A stretch of 64,000 bases of DNA from Octopus bimaculoides. Taxonomy: Eukaryota. Position 1 is the first letter of the stretch, and each line of letters starts with the position of its first letter. The stretch is taken from positions 40,693,311 to 40,757,310 of the forward strand of contig NC_068985.1 of assembly GCF_001194135.2 (NCBI RefSeq), given 5' to 3'. This document shows, piece by piece, positions 62,464 to 64,000 of the stretch. The notes beneath the pieces were generated by a model that was given only the letters and a program-made list of their open reading frames with translations, was not told the DNA's origin and did no database searches. The position numbers and the translations under genes were made by a program.

Positions 62464-64000
62464 TGACATGTCTGATGATTACACAACTTACATGATTTAA
62501 TCACTTGTATGTGAAATTACAGAAGTTTTTGTGTTTCTTGATCACTTTCCTGACTTTTCGTCACTTATCAAATGAACAATTGCCGCTTAATAAGTGTTTG
62601 ATATATATAACTGCACCCATTTAGACACTATTATTATTTATATATTTTTTTATTTGATAGTTATTTAAGCTACTGAAAAGTACTCAAAATTCTATCAGGA
62701 TATCGACCACTGTTAATCAAACCAGCCATTTGCATTAAAAGGGGTGGGTAGTAATTTTAAACATACTGAACGATAAATCGAACTTTATTAAGCATCGACC
62801 AACGTCAAAGTAGTGGTTTAGTGATCAGATAACAACACGTAAAGGTAGCCAGTCTGCTCTTAAGATAGTTTGTTAAAGAGAAAATCTTATATATTTCAGA
62901 TTTATTATTGACTACATAAACCGCCAGTCGTTCTGTATTAAACAAAAAAAAAAAAAGAAAGTATAAACTTTATTCTGTTACGAGATAATATACAATATAT
63001 TAATATAAAAAGATTCATGTTTTCTACAAGTTGGCTATCTTTCGTTTGTTTATATAAACAAAACTTAGAAATTACCTATTAATCTAGAAAAATCGAGACT
63101 AACCAGAGGTTTTCGCAGAGTTACAAAATGAGGCTTTTATGTGTATATATTTCGCTCTAGCTCTTTTATAATGTAACCCCAAGCTCCTGATTTAGATCTA
63201 ATTTTAATAATGTAGCTCAGACACTTCCCCCATCCATACGAAATATGCAAAATATAGAATGCTTTCAGTTTTGTTTTCAGTTTGCCAATTGCGCTCATTG
63301 GTTAAGTCCACCTCCGGTACAAAACGGGAAAGGCCCACAGAGAAACGACATATTACATTCGCCCAATTTACAATTGAATCATTTTACACAGATCCTTGCC
63401 GAGAAAAGTTAAAGTGAGTCAATTACCATTTTATAGTATACAGGCGTACCTCAACATATATCTGAAAGACAAGCGACTTAACTAAAAAACAAAAACAAAA
63501 ATGTAACATGAAAAAACATTTCAAAAATTATATTCACTTAGTTTTTCCTATTTTCACACATCTTGTATTTACCTTTCCGTTTCAGTATGGGTTTTAGTTG
63601 TTTTTATTTTTATGCTTTTAATATGTTTGCTGAGACCGACGTAAGGTCAAATAAATCGACTTAAGTTGAAGTGTAATTTTTCCGTTGACTTCTTTAAAAA
63701 ATGATGTCGAAAAAGATGTAACTCAAAATTACGTAAATTGAGGTTTGCGTGTATTTTATAAGCTTAGAATTTTTGTAGACATTTGGGGAATCCAACATGT
63801 TTCTGTGTAATCCCTACTGTTTTGTTCTGGATATCGTTGTTTATGTATATATTTAACAATTTTGCCTACTTTTGTTTATAAATGTTCCATTTGTCAAATA
63901 GATGATGCGAAAGAACATTTGCTTCTGTAATGCAGTAAAGGGAAAGAAAAACAAACAAAACAAAACATTAATTGATATTTTGACTTGGAAATGACCCCAC

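Noticed and set aside
59074-64000. Promoter-like motifs (TCACGTGA at about 60513, CCAAT at about 63285-63302) in CpG-retaining DNA
   Set aside because: No exon, ORF or donor could be tied to them; isolated short motifs are expected by chance.

Overview
AT-rich, microsatellite-laden eukaryotic genomic DNA with seven N-gaps. The repeat families (GAT-tailed RTE LINEs, tRNA-headed SINEs) point to an octopod cephalopod, probably Octopus; this is inferred from recalled families, not searched. The only host gene I can support is the 5' end of a small HERC E3 ligase (HERC4/HERC3-like) on the minus strand. It has two RCC1-repeat coding exons (19303-19543 and 7613-7778) that splice in frame, and a probable non-coding first exon in a CpG-richer region near 43.2-44.1 kb; the rest of the gene must lie left of the window. 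Everything else is introns or intergenic DNA filled with mobile elements: many RTE LINE fragments, a second Expander/Rex3-like RTE, a near-full-length dead mariner, maT-like remnants, an unclassified CxxH-type DDE transposase relic, piggyBac- and Tc1-type MITEs, and three SINE families. The most notable signals are: (i) a C4HC3 PHD finger inserted inside the reverse-transcriptase domain of the dominant RTE family, seen in five copies and absent from the second RTE lineage; (ii) a variable array of about 64-bp triple-hairpin units in that LINE's 3' UTR; (iii) a perfect 18-bp palindrome that appears to have overwritten an endonuclease motif by template switching; (iv) two long inverted-repeat structures; (v) a bipartite RTE 5'UTR-plus-3'tail element. 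Repeat boundaries are read by eye and are approximate unless a TSD or TIR is quoted.
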